The notes: generated by a model not told the origin, from the sequence alone. A DNA stretch of 63,977 bases, filler included, from a bacterium (GCA_037439705.1; 7 parts of 7 records of this genome joined end to end with filler, not necessarily neighbours in it); one strand, 5' to 3'. Positions 1 to 9,767 are shown, counted from the whole stretch's first letter. A program made the numbers and translations.

Positions 1-1
1 A

Positions 2-685
2 AAGGGATTATCGTTTTTTATCCACAACGAAGTAATTAATGAAATTGAGTTTGAATCTATTTCAGAGGAATTCATTATCTTATCAAGTTCTTCAGCAGCA
101 GGAAGTTTCAGAGCCCTTGGATGGAAAGGATTATCTATTTCAGGAGAAGTTATTGGCATGGACATTTCTCCGCGTTCCTCCCACTGGAAAAAGGCACTTG
201 CCGGGAAAAAGGCACCTGATATTCTTCCAGTTTTAAAATTTGAGATTGAAAAGGGATTGCCCCTTTCATTTGATATAGGGTTTCATCTAACAAATCTTCC
301 ACATTCTCAGCTTCAGATGGCTGGATTATGGCTTGAATATGAAATAATGAAGGAGAGCATTTTCAGACCATCTTTTTCAATAAGGACTTCCTTTACAACC
401 ACCATTTTTCCAGAATCGCCTCACATCTATTCTATTTCGGCTGAAACAGGTGTGAGCAAAAGAAAGGCTGGATTTTTTTACTACGCAGGCTTTGGAGGCT
501 TTTATTCTAAAGCAAATGCAAGAGGATTTTCTGAAAGAGACTATTTCAGGGTAAAAGGAAAGTTAGGAATTACATTTCTTCTTGGAGCCTTTACTTTAAC
601 CCTGCAGGCAGACATATCAAGTATCTTCATGTATACCTTTGGAACAGGAATAAAAATTGAATCCAACGCCGGAAACTTGAATTAA
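2..685 (+). CDS. Hypothetical exported/outer-membrane beta-barrel-like protein, 5'-truncated at window start
   Basis: Frame is open from base 2 into ORF 158..685, with an alternating hydrophobic, beta-strand-like C-terminus. The probable N-terminus with signal peptide is at 63877..63977. Confidence 0.55.
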   Translation, partial: KGLSFFIHNEVINEIEFESISEEFIILSSSSAAGSFRALGWKGLSISGEVIGMDISPRSSHWKKALAGKKAPDILPVLKFEIEKGLPLSFDIGFHLTNLPHSQLQMAGLWLEYEIMKESIFRPSFSIRTSFTTTIFPESPHIYSISAETGVSKRKAGFFYYAGFGGFYSKANARGFSERDYFRVKGKLGITFLLGAFTLTLQADISSIFMYTFGTGIKIESNAGNLN

Positions 686-714
686 AAAATAAGAAGGGTA
701 AAATTAAACCATAA

Positions 715-789
715 GGGGCTGTAGTTCAGCCCGGTTAGAACACCGGTCTGTCAAGCCGGGGGTCGCGGGTTCAAGTCCCGTCAGCCCCG
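715..789 (+). tRNA. tRNA-Asp(GTC), CCA not encoded
   Basis: Acceptor GGGGCTG/CAGCCCC; anticodon arm CCGGT-CTGTCAA-GCCGG; T-arm GGTTCAAGTCC. Confidence 0.95.
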
Positions 790-793
790 CATT

Positions 794-3214
794 TTGAATT
801 TAAAAAGAATTTTGAGGGGAAGAAAAGCCTTAATAATTTTTATAGCAGGTTTTTCCGTTCTTTTAGGGGTTTTTCTTTATCTCTTCCTCCTCTACCTTTC
901 CCTTCCCTCAATTGAATACCTTCAAAATTATAAACCCCCCATAACTACAAGGATTTATTCTGCTGATGGAAAGGTAATAGGAGAACTCTTTCGTGAAAGA
1001 AGGGATTACATCCCGATTGAAAAAATTCCGGAGCACTTAATAAACGCCTTCATTGCCTCAGAAGACGCTGAGTTCTTCAGGCACAAAGGTATAAACCTGA
1101 AAAGTCTGGTAAGGGCAACTTTTAAAAACATAGAAGCGGGCGCATTTGTTCAGGGAGGAAGCACAATAACCCAGCAATTAGCAAAGATGCTCCTACTTTC
1201 ACCACAAAAAAAGCTCTCAAGAAAAATAAAGGAGATTTTTCTTGCCTTAAAAATTGAAAAGGGAATGTCAAAGGAAAAAATTCTGGAACTTTACCTCAAT
1301 CACATATATTTAGGAGGTGGAGCATACGGAATAGCCGAAGGAACAAGAACCTATTTTAGAAAGCCCGTTTCTGAAATCAGCATCGGAGAGTCCGCACTTT
1401 TAGCCGGGGTTCTCAAGGCTCCATCCCTTTATTCCCCGCAAAAAAATCCGGCAGGAGCAAAAACAAGACAGGTTTATGTGCTTGAAAGAATGCTTAAAGA
1501 AGGATTTATAAGCGAGCAGGAATATGAAGAAGCGATAAAAACTCCTTTAAGAATATACAGAACATACAGAAATCCATTCTTTTACGAAGGTGGATATTTC
1601 GCCGAAGAAGTCAGAAAGAACCTTCTTCAGAAATACGGAGAAGAAATTCTTTATACCCATGGCTTGAAGATCTGTACATCAATGATACTGGAACACCAGA
1701 AGGCAGGAGCTTCAGCGTTAAAAAAGGGACTTGAAAATTTTGACAGGAAAAATGGATTCAGAGGGGTTACAGGAAATATCAAGGAAGAAGAATGGGAAAA
1801 ATTTCTTGAAGATGTCCAGAAAAAGGAAATTATTGAAAGGTCTGATTTCTTTGAAATCCTTTCCGATGGTAGCACAGTTGAATATCCGGAAAGGGGGTTA
1901 AAAACTGGCGAGGTTTATACAGGGCTTGTAAGTAGTGTGAACGATAAAACAAAAGAAATAGAAATCAGGGTTGGCTTCTTTAAAGGGGTGATTTCCGAAG
2001 AAAATTTCTCCTGGACATTAAAAAGCGAAAATAAGCCTTCTCGGATATTTAAAAAAGGTGACATTATAAATGTAAGGTTAGAAGAAATAAAAAGCGGAAA
2101 ACTCATACTTTCACTCTATCAGAAACCTATGGTTCAGGGTGCTCTCATATCAATTGAAAACTCAACAGGATTTATAACTGCCCTCGTTGGAGGATATGAA
2201 TGGACAGAAACCCAGTTCAACAGGGCAATTCAGGCAAAGAGACAGGTTGGCTCTGCATTCAAACCAATTATTTATGCTGCTGCCCTCACTCAGGGCTTCA
2301 CTCCTGCTTCTGTAATTGAGGATATGCCGGTAGCGTATGAAATGCCTGTAAACGAAAAAGAAGCGGAAGAAATTCCTGAAAAGTGGAAACCACTTAATTA
2401 TGACATGAATTTAAGGGGTGAAATAACCTTAGCAGAAGCACTTGCAAAATCGGTGAATCTCGCGACAATAAGGCTTCTTTCAAAAATCGGGGTTAAAAAT
2501 GCAATTGACCTTGCAAGAAGTTTGGGCATAGAGTCTCCACTCCCTTACGAATTAACACTCGGTCTTGGCTCCGCCTCCCTGTCCCTTTTAGAACTAACGA
2601 GAGCATACAGCGTTTTTCCAAACAGAGGAATTCTCAGGGATGTGATATTTGTAAAAAAAATAGAAGACGCAGATGGAAATCTGATTATTGAAAACATACC
2701 TGCTGAACCTGATCTCAACTATCCAGAGGATACCAGAAAGGCTTATTACACGGCAAAAAGAGTTTATCCGGAAGACCTTTCATACATAATGGTTTCACTC
2801 CTTCAGGGAGTGGTCAAATATGGAACCGGATGGAAGGCAAAAGCTCTTGGAAGACCTGTGGGCGGGAAAACAGGAACAACAAACGACTTCAGGGATGCCT
2901 GGTTCATTGGATTTACACAGGATTATACCGTAGGGGTGTGGGTGGGATACGATAACCTAACGCCACTTGGCGAAGGAGCAACTGGAAGTGCGGTAGCCGC
3001 ACCTATATGGGTTGATTTTATGAAAGAAATCCTCAAAAATGTTCCGTTTTCGGATTTTTCTTTACCTGATAACATTGTGTTCAGAAGAATAGACCCTGTA
3101 ACAGGCTATCTTGCAAAACCTGGAGATGAAAACTCCATACTCCAGGCATTCATTGAAGGGACAGAACCACAGACCTATTACGAAGATTATATGGAGAAGA
3201 TGAAGGGGTTTTAA
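794..3214 (+). CDS. mrcA: Penicillin-binding protein 1A (transglycosylase/transpeptidase)
   Basis: N-terminal TM; EDAEFFRHKG and GGSTITQQLAK transglycosylase motifs; SAFK, SVN and KTGT transpeptidase motifs. Confidence 0.93.
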   Translation: MNLKRILRGRKALIIFIAGFSVLLGVFLYLFLLYLSLPSIEYLQNYKPPITTRIYSADGKVIGELFRERRDYIPIEKIPEHLINAFIASEDAEFFRHKGINLKSLVRATFKNIEAGAFVQGGSTITQQLAKMLLLSPQKKLSRKIKEIFLALKIEKGMSKEKILELYLNHIYLGGGAYGIAEGTRTYFRKPVSEISIGESALLAGVLKAPSLYSPQKNPAGAKTRQVYVLERMLKEGFISEQEYEEAIKTPLRIYRTYRNPFFYEGGYFAEEVRKNLLQKYGEEILYTHGLKICTSMILEHQKAGASALKKGLENFDRKNGFRGVTGNIKEEEWEKFLEDVQKKEIIERSDFFEILSDGSTVEYPERGLKTGEVYTGLVSSVNDKTKEIEIRVGFFKGVISEENFSWTLKSENKPSRIFKKGDIINVRLEEIKSGKLILSLYQKPMVQGALISIENSTGFITALVGGYEWTETQFNRAIQAKRQVGSAFKPIIYAAALTQGFTPASVIEDMPVAYEMPVNEKEAEEIPEKWKPLNYDMNLRGEITLAEALAKSVNLATIRLLSKIGVKNAIDLARSLGIESPLPYELTLGLGSASLSLLELTRAYSVFPNRGILRDVIFVKKIEDADGNLIIENIPAEPDLNYPEDTRKAYYTAKRVYPEDLSYIMVSLLQGVVKYGTGWKAKALGRPVGGKTGTTNDFRDAWFIGFTQDYTVGVWVGYDNLTPLGEGATGSAVAAPIWVDFMKEILKNVPFSDFSLPDNIVFRRIDPVTGYLAKPGDENSILQAFIEGTEPQTYYEDYMEKMKGF

Positions 3215-3476
3215 AAAATAAATATGCTCCCGCTAACTTGTAGAAGCACATACACATAGTTACTATGGGAAAGGGGGGAATTTAAGCTAAAAGAATTAAA
3301 ACTTGGATGAAAAAAGATCCTAAATTCAAAACCTGCCCGCAAAACCATATAAGAAGGATGTTTTTACAATTTTATCAAAAAGTTGAGATATAAACCAGGT
3401 CCCCCTCTCCTCCCCTCAAACAACACCTAACAAACAAAAACTTGTAGAAAATTTTTTGAGGGTGTAAAATTTATCT

Positions 3477-4394
3477 ATGTATTTGCTTATTCCCCTCATT
3501 CTTATCTTGTTGCTTCCCGAGATTTCTTATGCCTGGGGACCTGCTACACACATAAAACTCGGCATAGATGTTCTTTCCAATTCTTTTATTCCACCTGTAA
3601 TTTTTAACCTCATAAATGAATTTCCATATTATTTTCTCTACGGAAATATAGAAGCTGATGTAATCCTATGGAAGAATAAAATAGAGTACTCAAAACACTG
3701 TCACAACTGGAAGATTGGATTTGAAATCCTGAAAACAGCAAACACTCCTGAACTAAAGGCTTTCGCTTATGGATATCTCTCCCATCTTTCAGCAGACATA
3801 ATAGCCCATAACTTTTTCATTCCCATAGAGATGCTCCTTAACTATCCCTACAAAAAAGGCAAGCATCTTCCATGGGAAATAAGGTATGACAGATGGATAG
3901 ATGGGGAGGCATGGGAGGTTTTAAAAAAGATCAAAAAAGAAATAGACCCTTCCTGTGACGAACTCTTAAAAAATATGCTTGAAAGGAAATTCTTTTCTTT
4001 CAAAACCAACAAAAGGATATTTACCACATTTCTTACACTTCAGAGATTAAACAGGTGGAAACTGTTGATGAAAAACAAAAAAATTTCAGGTGAAACCCGT
4101 TTTTATTATGACCTTTCCCTCTTCGCGATGGTTTCCATCCTGTCAAAGGAACTAAATTCACCGTTTGTAAAAATTGACCCAACTGGTATCAGGGTGATGA
4201 AAAAGGCTCAAAGGCTCATAAGGGAACTAAAAGGATTAAAAGACGGGATTAGAGAAGTAAAAAGAAAGGTGCTCCTCAAAAAACTTTTAGCCTATCAACC
4301 CTATTTACCTGCTGATTGTCAGAGGTTGCTTTTCAGTGCTATAAGTTCAAGAACCCTGTATGCAAATTCATCCTTTGAACACTTCGGGATGTGA
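3477..4394 (+). CDS. Zinc-dependent phospholipase C family protein
   Basis: Signal peptide followed by AWGPATH, HNW and HLSADIIAH zinc-ligand motifs. 3' end overlaps convergent coaBC. Confidence 0.8.
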   Translation: MYLLIPLILILLLPEISYAWGPATHIKLGIDVLSNSFIPPVIFNLINEFPYYFLYGNIEADVILWKNKIEYSKHCHNWKIGFEILKTANTPELKAFAYGYLSHLSADIIAHNFFIPIEMLLNYPYKKGKHLPWEIRYDRWIDGEAWEVLKKIKKEIDPSCDELLKNMLERKFFSFKTNKRIFTTFLTLQRLNRWKLLMKNKKISGETRFYYDLSLFAMVSILSKELNSPFVKIDPTGIRVMKKAQRLIRELKGLKDGIREVKRKVLLKKLLAYQPYLPADCQRLLFSAISSRTLYANSSFEHFGM

Positions 4395-5521
4395 TGCCCC
4401 TTTCCCGAAGGAGTGAAAACATATCCTTCGTTTTCATCGGATTCAAATCCTATATCTGGTCTTGAAACATCATTAACAACTATAAAATCAAGTCCCTTTT
4501 TAATAAGTTTCTCCCTCGCATTTTTTTCAAGCTCTGAGGTCTCCGCAGCAAATCCAACGACAATCCTTTTCCCTTTCCTGGATTTTATTTCGCTCAGTAT
4601 ATCAGGAGTCATTTCAAGCTCAATATCAGGAACTCCCTTTTCTTTTTTTATCTTTCCTTTCACCCTCTTCTTGGATTTAAAATCACATACTGCAGCAGTT
4701 TTTATTATCACATCAGAATTATTTATCTCCTCTTTTACTGCTTCAAGCATCTCTTCAGCAGAAACAACCCTTTTCACCCTCACCCCATCAGGTGGTTTAA
4801 GATTGGTAGGTCCACTTACCAAACAAACCTCAGCCCCCATCCATTTTCCGACTCTGGCAAAAGAATAACCCATTTTACCACTGGACGGATTTGAGATGAA
4901 ACGCACATCGTCTATGAATTCCCTTGTGGGTCCGGCGGTAACGAGCATCTTTTTTCCATCAAAAAATTTAGGAGAGAAAAATTCTTTCACTGCATCCATT
5001 ATCTCCTCTGGTTCCCTCATCCTCCCCTTTCCCGTGAAACCGCAGGCAAGTTCTCCATAACCGGGCTCAAGTATCCTTACCCCCAATTTTTTCAATTTTT
5101 CAATGTTTTCCTGCACAGCAGGATTATTCCACATTCCAGTATTCATTGCAGGACAGAGAAGCAATTTCTGAGGAGGAGGAACGAGAAGGGAAGTTGAAAG
5201 AAGGTCATTGGCGATTCCGTTAGCCAGTTTTCCTATTATATCTGCTGTGGCTGGTGCAACAATTATAAGGTCGCTTTCAACAGGAAATTTCACATGTTTT
5301 ATTGCCACATCGGAATAATCATCAAACATCTCAACAAGAACCTGATTTTCGGATATTGCGTGAAAGGTCGCCCTTCCAACAAACTTTTCACCTGTAGGAG
5401 AAAGGATTACATTCACATCACAGCCCTCTTTCTTCAAAAGCCTCAAAAGTTCAACGCTTTTGTATGCTGAAATTCCTCCGCCCACACACAAAAGGATTTT
5501 TTTCTCCCTCAAAAAATGCAT
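4319..5521 (-). CDS. coaBC: Bifunctional phosphopantothenoylcysteine decarboxylase/phosphopantothenate-cysteine ligase
   Basis: GGISAYK, PAMN, ACGFTGKGRM, TAGPTRE, SNPSSGKMG and GFAAET motifs. Start moved to 5521 because the longer ORF overlaps a tRNA. Confidence 0.96.
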   Translation of the reverse strand: MHFLREKKILLCVGGGISAYKSVELLRLLKKEGCDVNVILSPTGEKFVGRATFHAISENQVLVEMFDDYSDVAIKHVKFPVESDLIIVAPATADIIGKLANGIANDLLSTSLLVPPPQKLLLCPAMNTGMWNNPAVQENIEKLKKLGVRILEPGYGELACGFTGKGRMREPEEIMDAVKEFFSPKFFDGKKMLVTAGPTREFIDDVRFISNPSSGKMGYSFARVGKWMGAEVCLVSGPTNLKPPDGVRVKRVVSAEEMLEAVKEEINNSDVIIKTAAVCDFKSKKRVKGKIKKEKGVPDIELEMTPDILSEIKSRKGKRIVVGFAAETSELEKNAREKLIKKGLDFIVVNDVSRPDIGFESDENEGYVFTPSGKGHHIPKCSKDEFAYRVLELIALKSNL

Positions 5522-5529
5522 TTTATAAA

Positions 5530-5604
5530 TGGTAGGCACGGGCGGTTTCGAACCGCCGACCTCTGCCGCGTCAAGACAGCGCTCTCCCCCTGAGCTACGT
5601 GCCT
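5530..5604 (-). tRNA. tRNA-Val(GAC)
   Basis: Minus strand AGGCACG...CGTGCCT-A-CCA; anticodon arm CTGTC-TTGACGC-GGCAG; T-arm GGTTCGAAACC. Confidence 0.95.
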
Positions 5605-5827
5605 GCTAAAAACAATATACAGAAATTCAAAATTTAAATCAACTTTCAAAGGTTTTACATCACCACTTGATTCCAAGAAAAAAGTCAAAATTCAAGACCT
5701 GGTTTATATAATTCGAGTATAGGAATATAGTAGTGAATAAGAGAAATATACATAATGGGGGTGTGGGGAGACTGAAAAGTTGTGGAAAAGTTAAGATATG
5801 AGCGACATTAAGGAGTGAGAGGGAGAG

Positions 5828-6019
5828 ATGAAGTTTTATTCTATATTTGGTAATATAAGGGGATTTTACAAGAGGAGGTTTCAGGATATGCTTTATAGTT
5901 TGAGAAGATTTTGAGTGTATGAGATAATAAAAAGACCTCACAAATCCCTCGGTCTAAAAAGCCCCTTAAATTTTCTCATTCAAACTCATAAAATGTCGCA
6001 TAAGTATATAACTTATACA
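5828..6019 (+). mobile_element. Internally deleted IS481-like element (MITE-like), copy 1
   Basis: 5847..6019 recurs at 30776..30929, and its 3' end recurs inverted at 20575..20619. Encodes an RPHKSLGLKSP...SHKYITYT integrase-core tail and ends in ...TACA. Confidence 0.65.
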
Positions 6020-6207
6020 ATGTATGGAAAAACTCTTTATGAGAAACTAAAATCAATAATGCCTCATGTGAAAAAAGACATCACCATCTTCCCGTCCTTC
6101 ATACTTGATAAAGTAATTCCATTTTACCAGCATATTCCTTTCACGAGAAAATAAAAAAATAAAAACGGGACACTCAAAGGGTGGTAATGATCTTTATAGA
6201 CAGTACA
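6020..6207 (+). mobile_element. Probable 3' remnant of a second IS481-like transposase
   Basis: MYGKTLYEKLK...FPSFILDKV resembles a transposase C-terminus; segment ends GGTAATGATC...CAGTACA. Confidence 0.4.
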
Positions 6208-6296
6208 CCTAACTCTTTCGGATTAAGCCATAAAAAATTTATATGCTGTAAAAAAATTGAATTGGTGCTTTCTTTCTAATAAAGTAAAAATCAAAG

Positions 6297-7589
6297 ATGA
6301 AAGTTCTTATCGCTCCATGGGGAGACCCTTACAGATGGGAAGAAGTGGAATATGAGGCAGAAGGAGAAATAGTCAAATCAAGAAATTCTACTAAACTTCT
6401 TCTGAATAGCACAGGTGCTACCAGAATTGTAGTTATTGTTCTTGATACACTAAGCGAAGTAAAGGAGTATAAATCTTATTACGAACTCTCTAAAAAAGTA
6501 GAAGAGAAAGTTAAAGAGTATATCAAATCATTTCTCAAGTTAGAACTGAATAAAATAGATGTGGTAGTTGCTCCCGGAGTTGGCAATTTTGAAAACAAAA
6601 TTTTCACCGGAAACATGAAGGACTACTATTCCTTTATTTTGCACGAACTTTCAAACCGCCTTATTCCGGAACAGGATATGATTTCAGTGTATCTCGACCT
6701 TACACACGGAATTAACTTTATGCCCGTTCTTACATATACGGCTGTGAATAAAATCTGTGGAATACTCGCTGTAAAGAAAAAAGTGAATTTCACAGTTTTT
6801 AATTCGGAACCATACACTTCAGGAAGACACAGGCTCTATATTCATAAAGTTATGGAAAAGGAAAAAATGGAATTCAATCCACCGGAAAGAAAGATGCTTG
6901 ACAAACCCCGACTCCTCAAGCCATTATCGGGGTTTCCAGAAGAAGAATTAAAAAACTTTGACAGAAAATATTGTTATTCTCACAAAGACGAAATCAATGC
7001 CTTTCTCGGAGCCCTTCAGGACGGACTACCCTTAGCTATGTTAACTTTTTATCCGGAACTGGAAGAAATAGCAGAAATTTTAAAAAGCAGTGTAGAGGGT
7101 TATAAAAATTATGTGGAAATCAAATTCATTAACGACAATAAAATTCAGGTTCAAAGAAAAACCTGTTTTACATCAAATTTTGATGTGCTCACAGAAGCAT
7201 ATTTATGCACAAGGATAATCGGGTGGAAAAATAAAACCGAAGTCTCTCTGAGCGAACTCGAAGACATGGTCAGAAGTTTATTTAAAGGAAAGGACAGGGT
7301 AAGGTTATGCATAATTGAGAATGAAATTCAGAGCATCAAAAAGAACCTCGATTTCTTTACGGATAGGTGGATGTTATACAGTGAAGCCTATGAGAAAGTT
7401 CACCAGAATGTGAAAGACATAGAAAGCAGAATCAGTTCTCCCCACAAGAGACACTTCTTCGCTCATGCTGGATTTGAACGAAATCTTGTTGAGATGAAAA
7501 AGGAGAATAACGAAATATTCGTAAGGTATAAAGAAACCTCCCTGGATACGGTTAAAAAATGGGCTCAGGAAGGGCTGAAAGAAGAGTGA
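6297..7589 (+). CDS. csx1: CRISPR-associated CARF-HEPN ribonuclease Csx1
   Basis: IAPWGDP N-terminus, DLTHGINFMP CARF motif, C-terminal HEPN RHFFAH (RxxxxH). Confidence 0.9.
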   Translation: MKVLIAPWGDPYRWEEVEYEAEGEIVKSRNSTKLLLNSTGATRIVVIVLDTLSEVKEYKSYYELSKKVEEKVKEYIKSFLKLELNKIDVVVAPGVGNFENKIFTGNMKDYYSFILHELSNRLIPEQDMISVYLDLTHGINFMPVLTYTAVNKICGILAVKKKVNFTVFNSEPYTSGRHRLYIHKVMEKEKMEFNPPERKMLDKPRLLKPLSGFPEEELKNFDRKYCYSHKDEINAFLGALQDGLPLAMLTFYPELEEIAEILKSSVEGYKNYVEIKFINDNKIQVQRKTCFTSNFDVLTEAYLCTRIIGWKNKTEVSLSELEDMVRSLFKGKDRVRLCIIENEIQSIKKNLDFFTDRWMLYSEAYEKVHQNVKDIESRISSPHKRHFFAHAGFERNLVEMKKENNEIFVRYKETSLDTVKKWAQEGLKEE

Positions 7590-8629
7590 GGAAAAAACAT
7601 ATCCTTCTCGCCCTGTGCGGGCTTAATCCTCAGGTTATAACTGAAACATTTTATTATCTCTATGGGATTAAAAAAATCCCGGTTAAGGAAGTTTACCTCA
7701 TCACCACAGGTCCCGGGGAAAGGAAGGCGAAAGAAACCCTTATTGACTCAAAGATATTTTACAGGATGTGTAAGGAATTAAATGCTGAAGATGTGAAATT
7801 CGGCGAGGACACAATTTTTCTGATAACAGATAAAAGAGGAATTCCGTTAGAAGATATCCGCACAATAGAAGATAATGAACGAGTTGCGGAAACAATGTGG
7901 AGTATAATAAAAGATTTTACCGCAGACGAAAATGTAATAATTCACTTCTCGGTGGCGGGAGGAAGAAAAACGATGAGTATCTATGGAGCAATTATAATGT
8001 CTCTTCTCGGGAGAAAGGATGACAGGCTTTATCATATTCTTGTGGAAGAGGAAGAATCAACAGATTTTTATTATCCCCGGAAAAAAGATGAAGAAAAGAA
8101 ACTCCACCTTGTTGAAATACCTTACATCAAGTTAAGGGAGGTGTTCGAAATCTCGGAAGAACATCTGAGTTTTGTCCGCAGAATAAAGAATTATCAGAAA
8201 GAATTGATGAAAATAAGACCATCAAAAATCACCGTAAATTTTGAAGACAAAATAATAAATGCTGGAAGATGCGGTGAATTCAAACTCTCTCCCCGTGAAT
8301 TTTTCGTATATTCGCTATTTATCTCAAAAAGAATGAGTTGTTCCTGCAGGGAAGGTTGCGAAAAATGCTTTTTGAGAATAGACGAATTTCTACAACCTGA
8401 AAATCTCAACTCACATCTTTCTAAATATCTGAGGTATTTTTCTGATATTCAGGAAACCGTTGAAAACCTGAACAAAGAGACCTTGAGAGAACTCATTACC
8501 AGAATAAACAGAAAAATTGACAGAAGCGATATATTTGTCAATTCCCTATTCAAAATCCAGAAAATTGGAAGAGCAAAGAATTATAAATATGGTTTGAAGT
8601 TACCCCGTACAAAGCTCACAATGTTGTAA
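7586..8629 (+). CDS. CRISPR-associated NE0113-family CARF protein (ring nuclease/Csm6-like) with C-terminal Cys cluster and wHTH-like domain
   Basis: GLNPQVITET, LEDIRT and SVAGGRKTMS motifs. GTG start overlaps the csx1 stop (GTGA). Confidence 0.85.
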   Translation: MRKKHILLALCGLNPQVITETFYYLYGIKKIPVKEVYLITTGPGERKAKETLIDSKIFYRMCKELNAEDVKFGEDTIFLITDKRGIPLEDIRTIEDNERVAETMWSIIKDFTADENVIIHFSVAGGRKTMSIYGAIIMSLLGRKDDRLYHILVEEEESTDFYYPRKKDEEKKLHLVEIPYIKLREVFEISEEHLSFVRRIKNYQKELMKIRPSKITVNFEDKIINAGRCGEFKLSPREFFVYSLFISKRMSCSCREGCEKCFLRIDEFLQPENLNSHLSKYLRYFSDIQETVENLNKETLRELITRINRKIDRSDIFVNSLFKIQKIGRAKNYKYGLKLPRTKLTML

Positions 8630-8756
8630 CAATATTTTAAAAATCATCAAACGGGTTTAACCCGAGTAATATTGAAAACAGAAAGATGCCTGGAGAAAAA
8701 AATGGAAGTCTCCTCAGATTTTCAGGTAAGGGCTGAATGATTTAGAAAAAAGCAAA

Positions 8757-9767
8757 ATGGAAAAACGAATAAACCTTTTTATCACTGAACAGGGTTCTGT
8801 GGTAAAAGTTGAGGAAGGCAGACTCGTCATAAAGAAAGGAAGTGAAAGGCTCATAGAGGTTCCTCTCATCCATCTCAGACATGTAGTCCTTTTTGGAAAT
8901 TCCACCATCACTCCCCGTGCTGTTTCGAAACTCCTGAAAGAGGGAGTATTTATTACATTCCTCACAAAACTCGGAAAATTTCAGGGAACAATTCTCCCCG
9001 CGGTTCATCCTGATGGATTGATAAGAAAAATTCAGGTAATGAGAGCAGAAGACCCTTCATTTCGAACAGAGGTGGCAAGAGAAATCGTTGCTACCAAAAT
9101 TCACAATTCAGTGAATTTTTTGAAAACGAGAAGGAAAAACAGGGTTCTGCTCAAAGAAAACATTTTTGAGTTAATAAAAATGGAAGAAAAATTGAAATCC
9201 GCCTCAAGCCTCGATCAGATAAGGGGTATAGAAGGTATCTCATCCCGGATATATTTTTCCACCATACAAAACCTTTTCGTGAACGATTTTTCTTTTGGCG
9301 GAAGAAAAAAACATCCGTCTCCAGACCCTGTCAATGCCCTTCTTTCCCTCTCCTATACCCTTCTCTACTCAATATGCTTTTCATTTCTCCACATTAACGG
9401 ACTTGACCCATTTATTGGATTCTTTCATGAAATGAAAAGAGGACATGCTTCCTTAGCCTCTGACCTTGTAGAAGAATTCAGGGTGCCATTCTGCGATTCT
9501 TTAATTCTGAGGCTCCTGAATCAGGGTTACTTTTCAGAAAGTTCTTTCCTTTACACGGGGGAGGGGGTTTTTCTTGAAAAAAATTCTTTAAAAAGATTTT
9601 TAAAAGAGTTTTCAGCCTTTCTGGACGGAAAGGTAATTTCAGATGGCATTCAGCTTTCAAGATGGCACCTGATTGAACACCAGGTAAGAAAGTTCAGAAG
9701 GAGCATTATAAGTGGAGAACCATACACGGGATATAAAACAGGAGAGACAAACGATGAGGACTCGTAG
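8757..9767 (+). CDS. cas1: CRISPR-associated endonuclease Cas1
   Basis: RGIEG, DPVNALLSLSY, GFFH and LASDLVEEFR motifs; catalytic E/H/E present. Confidence 0.96.
   Translation: MEKRINLFITEQGSVVKVEEGRLVIKKGSERLIEVPLIHLRHVVLFGNSTITPRAVSKLLKEGVFITFLTKLGKFQGTILPAVHPDGLIRKIQVMRAEDPSFRTEVAREIVATKIHNSVNFLKTRRKNRVLLKENIFELIKMEEKLKSASSLDQIRGIEGISSRIYFSTIQNLFVNDFSFGGRKKHPSPDPVNALLSLSYTLLYSICFSFLHINGLDPFIGFFHEMKRGHASLASDLVEEFRVPFCDSLILRLLNQGYFSESSFLYTGEGVFLEKNSLKRFLKEFSAFLDGKVISDGIQLSRWHLIEHQVRKFRRSIISGEPYTGYKTGETNDEDS

Noticed and set aside
4319-4394. 76-bp convergent overlap of the PLC gene and coaBC
   Set aside because: Ordinary tail-to-tail overlap in a compact genome.
8655-8679. Degenerate CRISPR repeat (GTTT...ATTGAAAAC) upstream of cas1
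   Set aside because: Single 25-bp occurrence with no second copy; not supportable.
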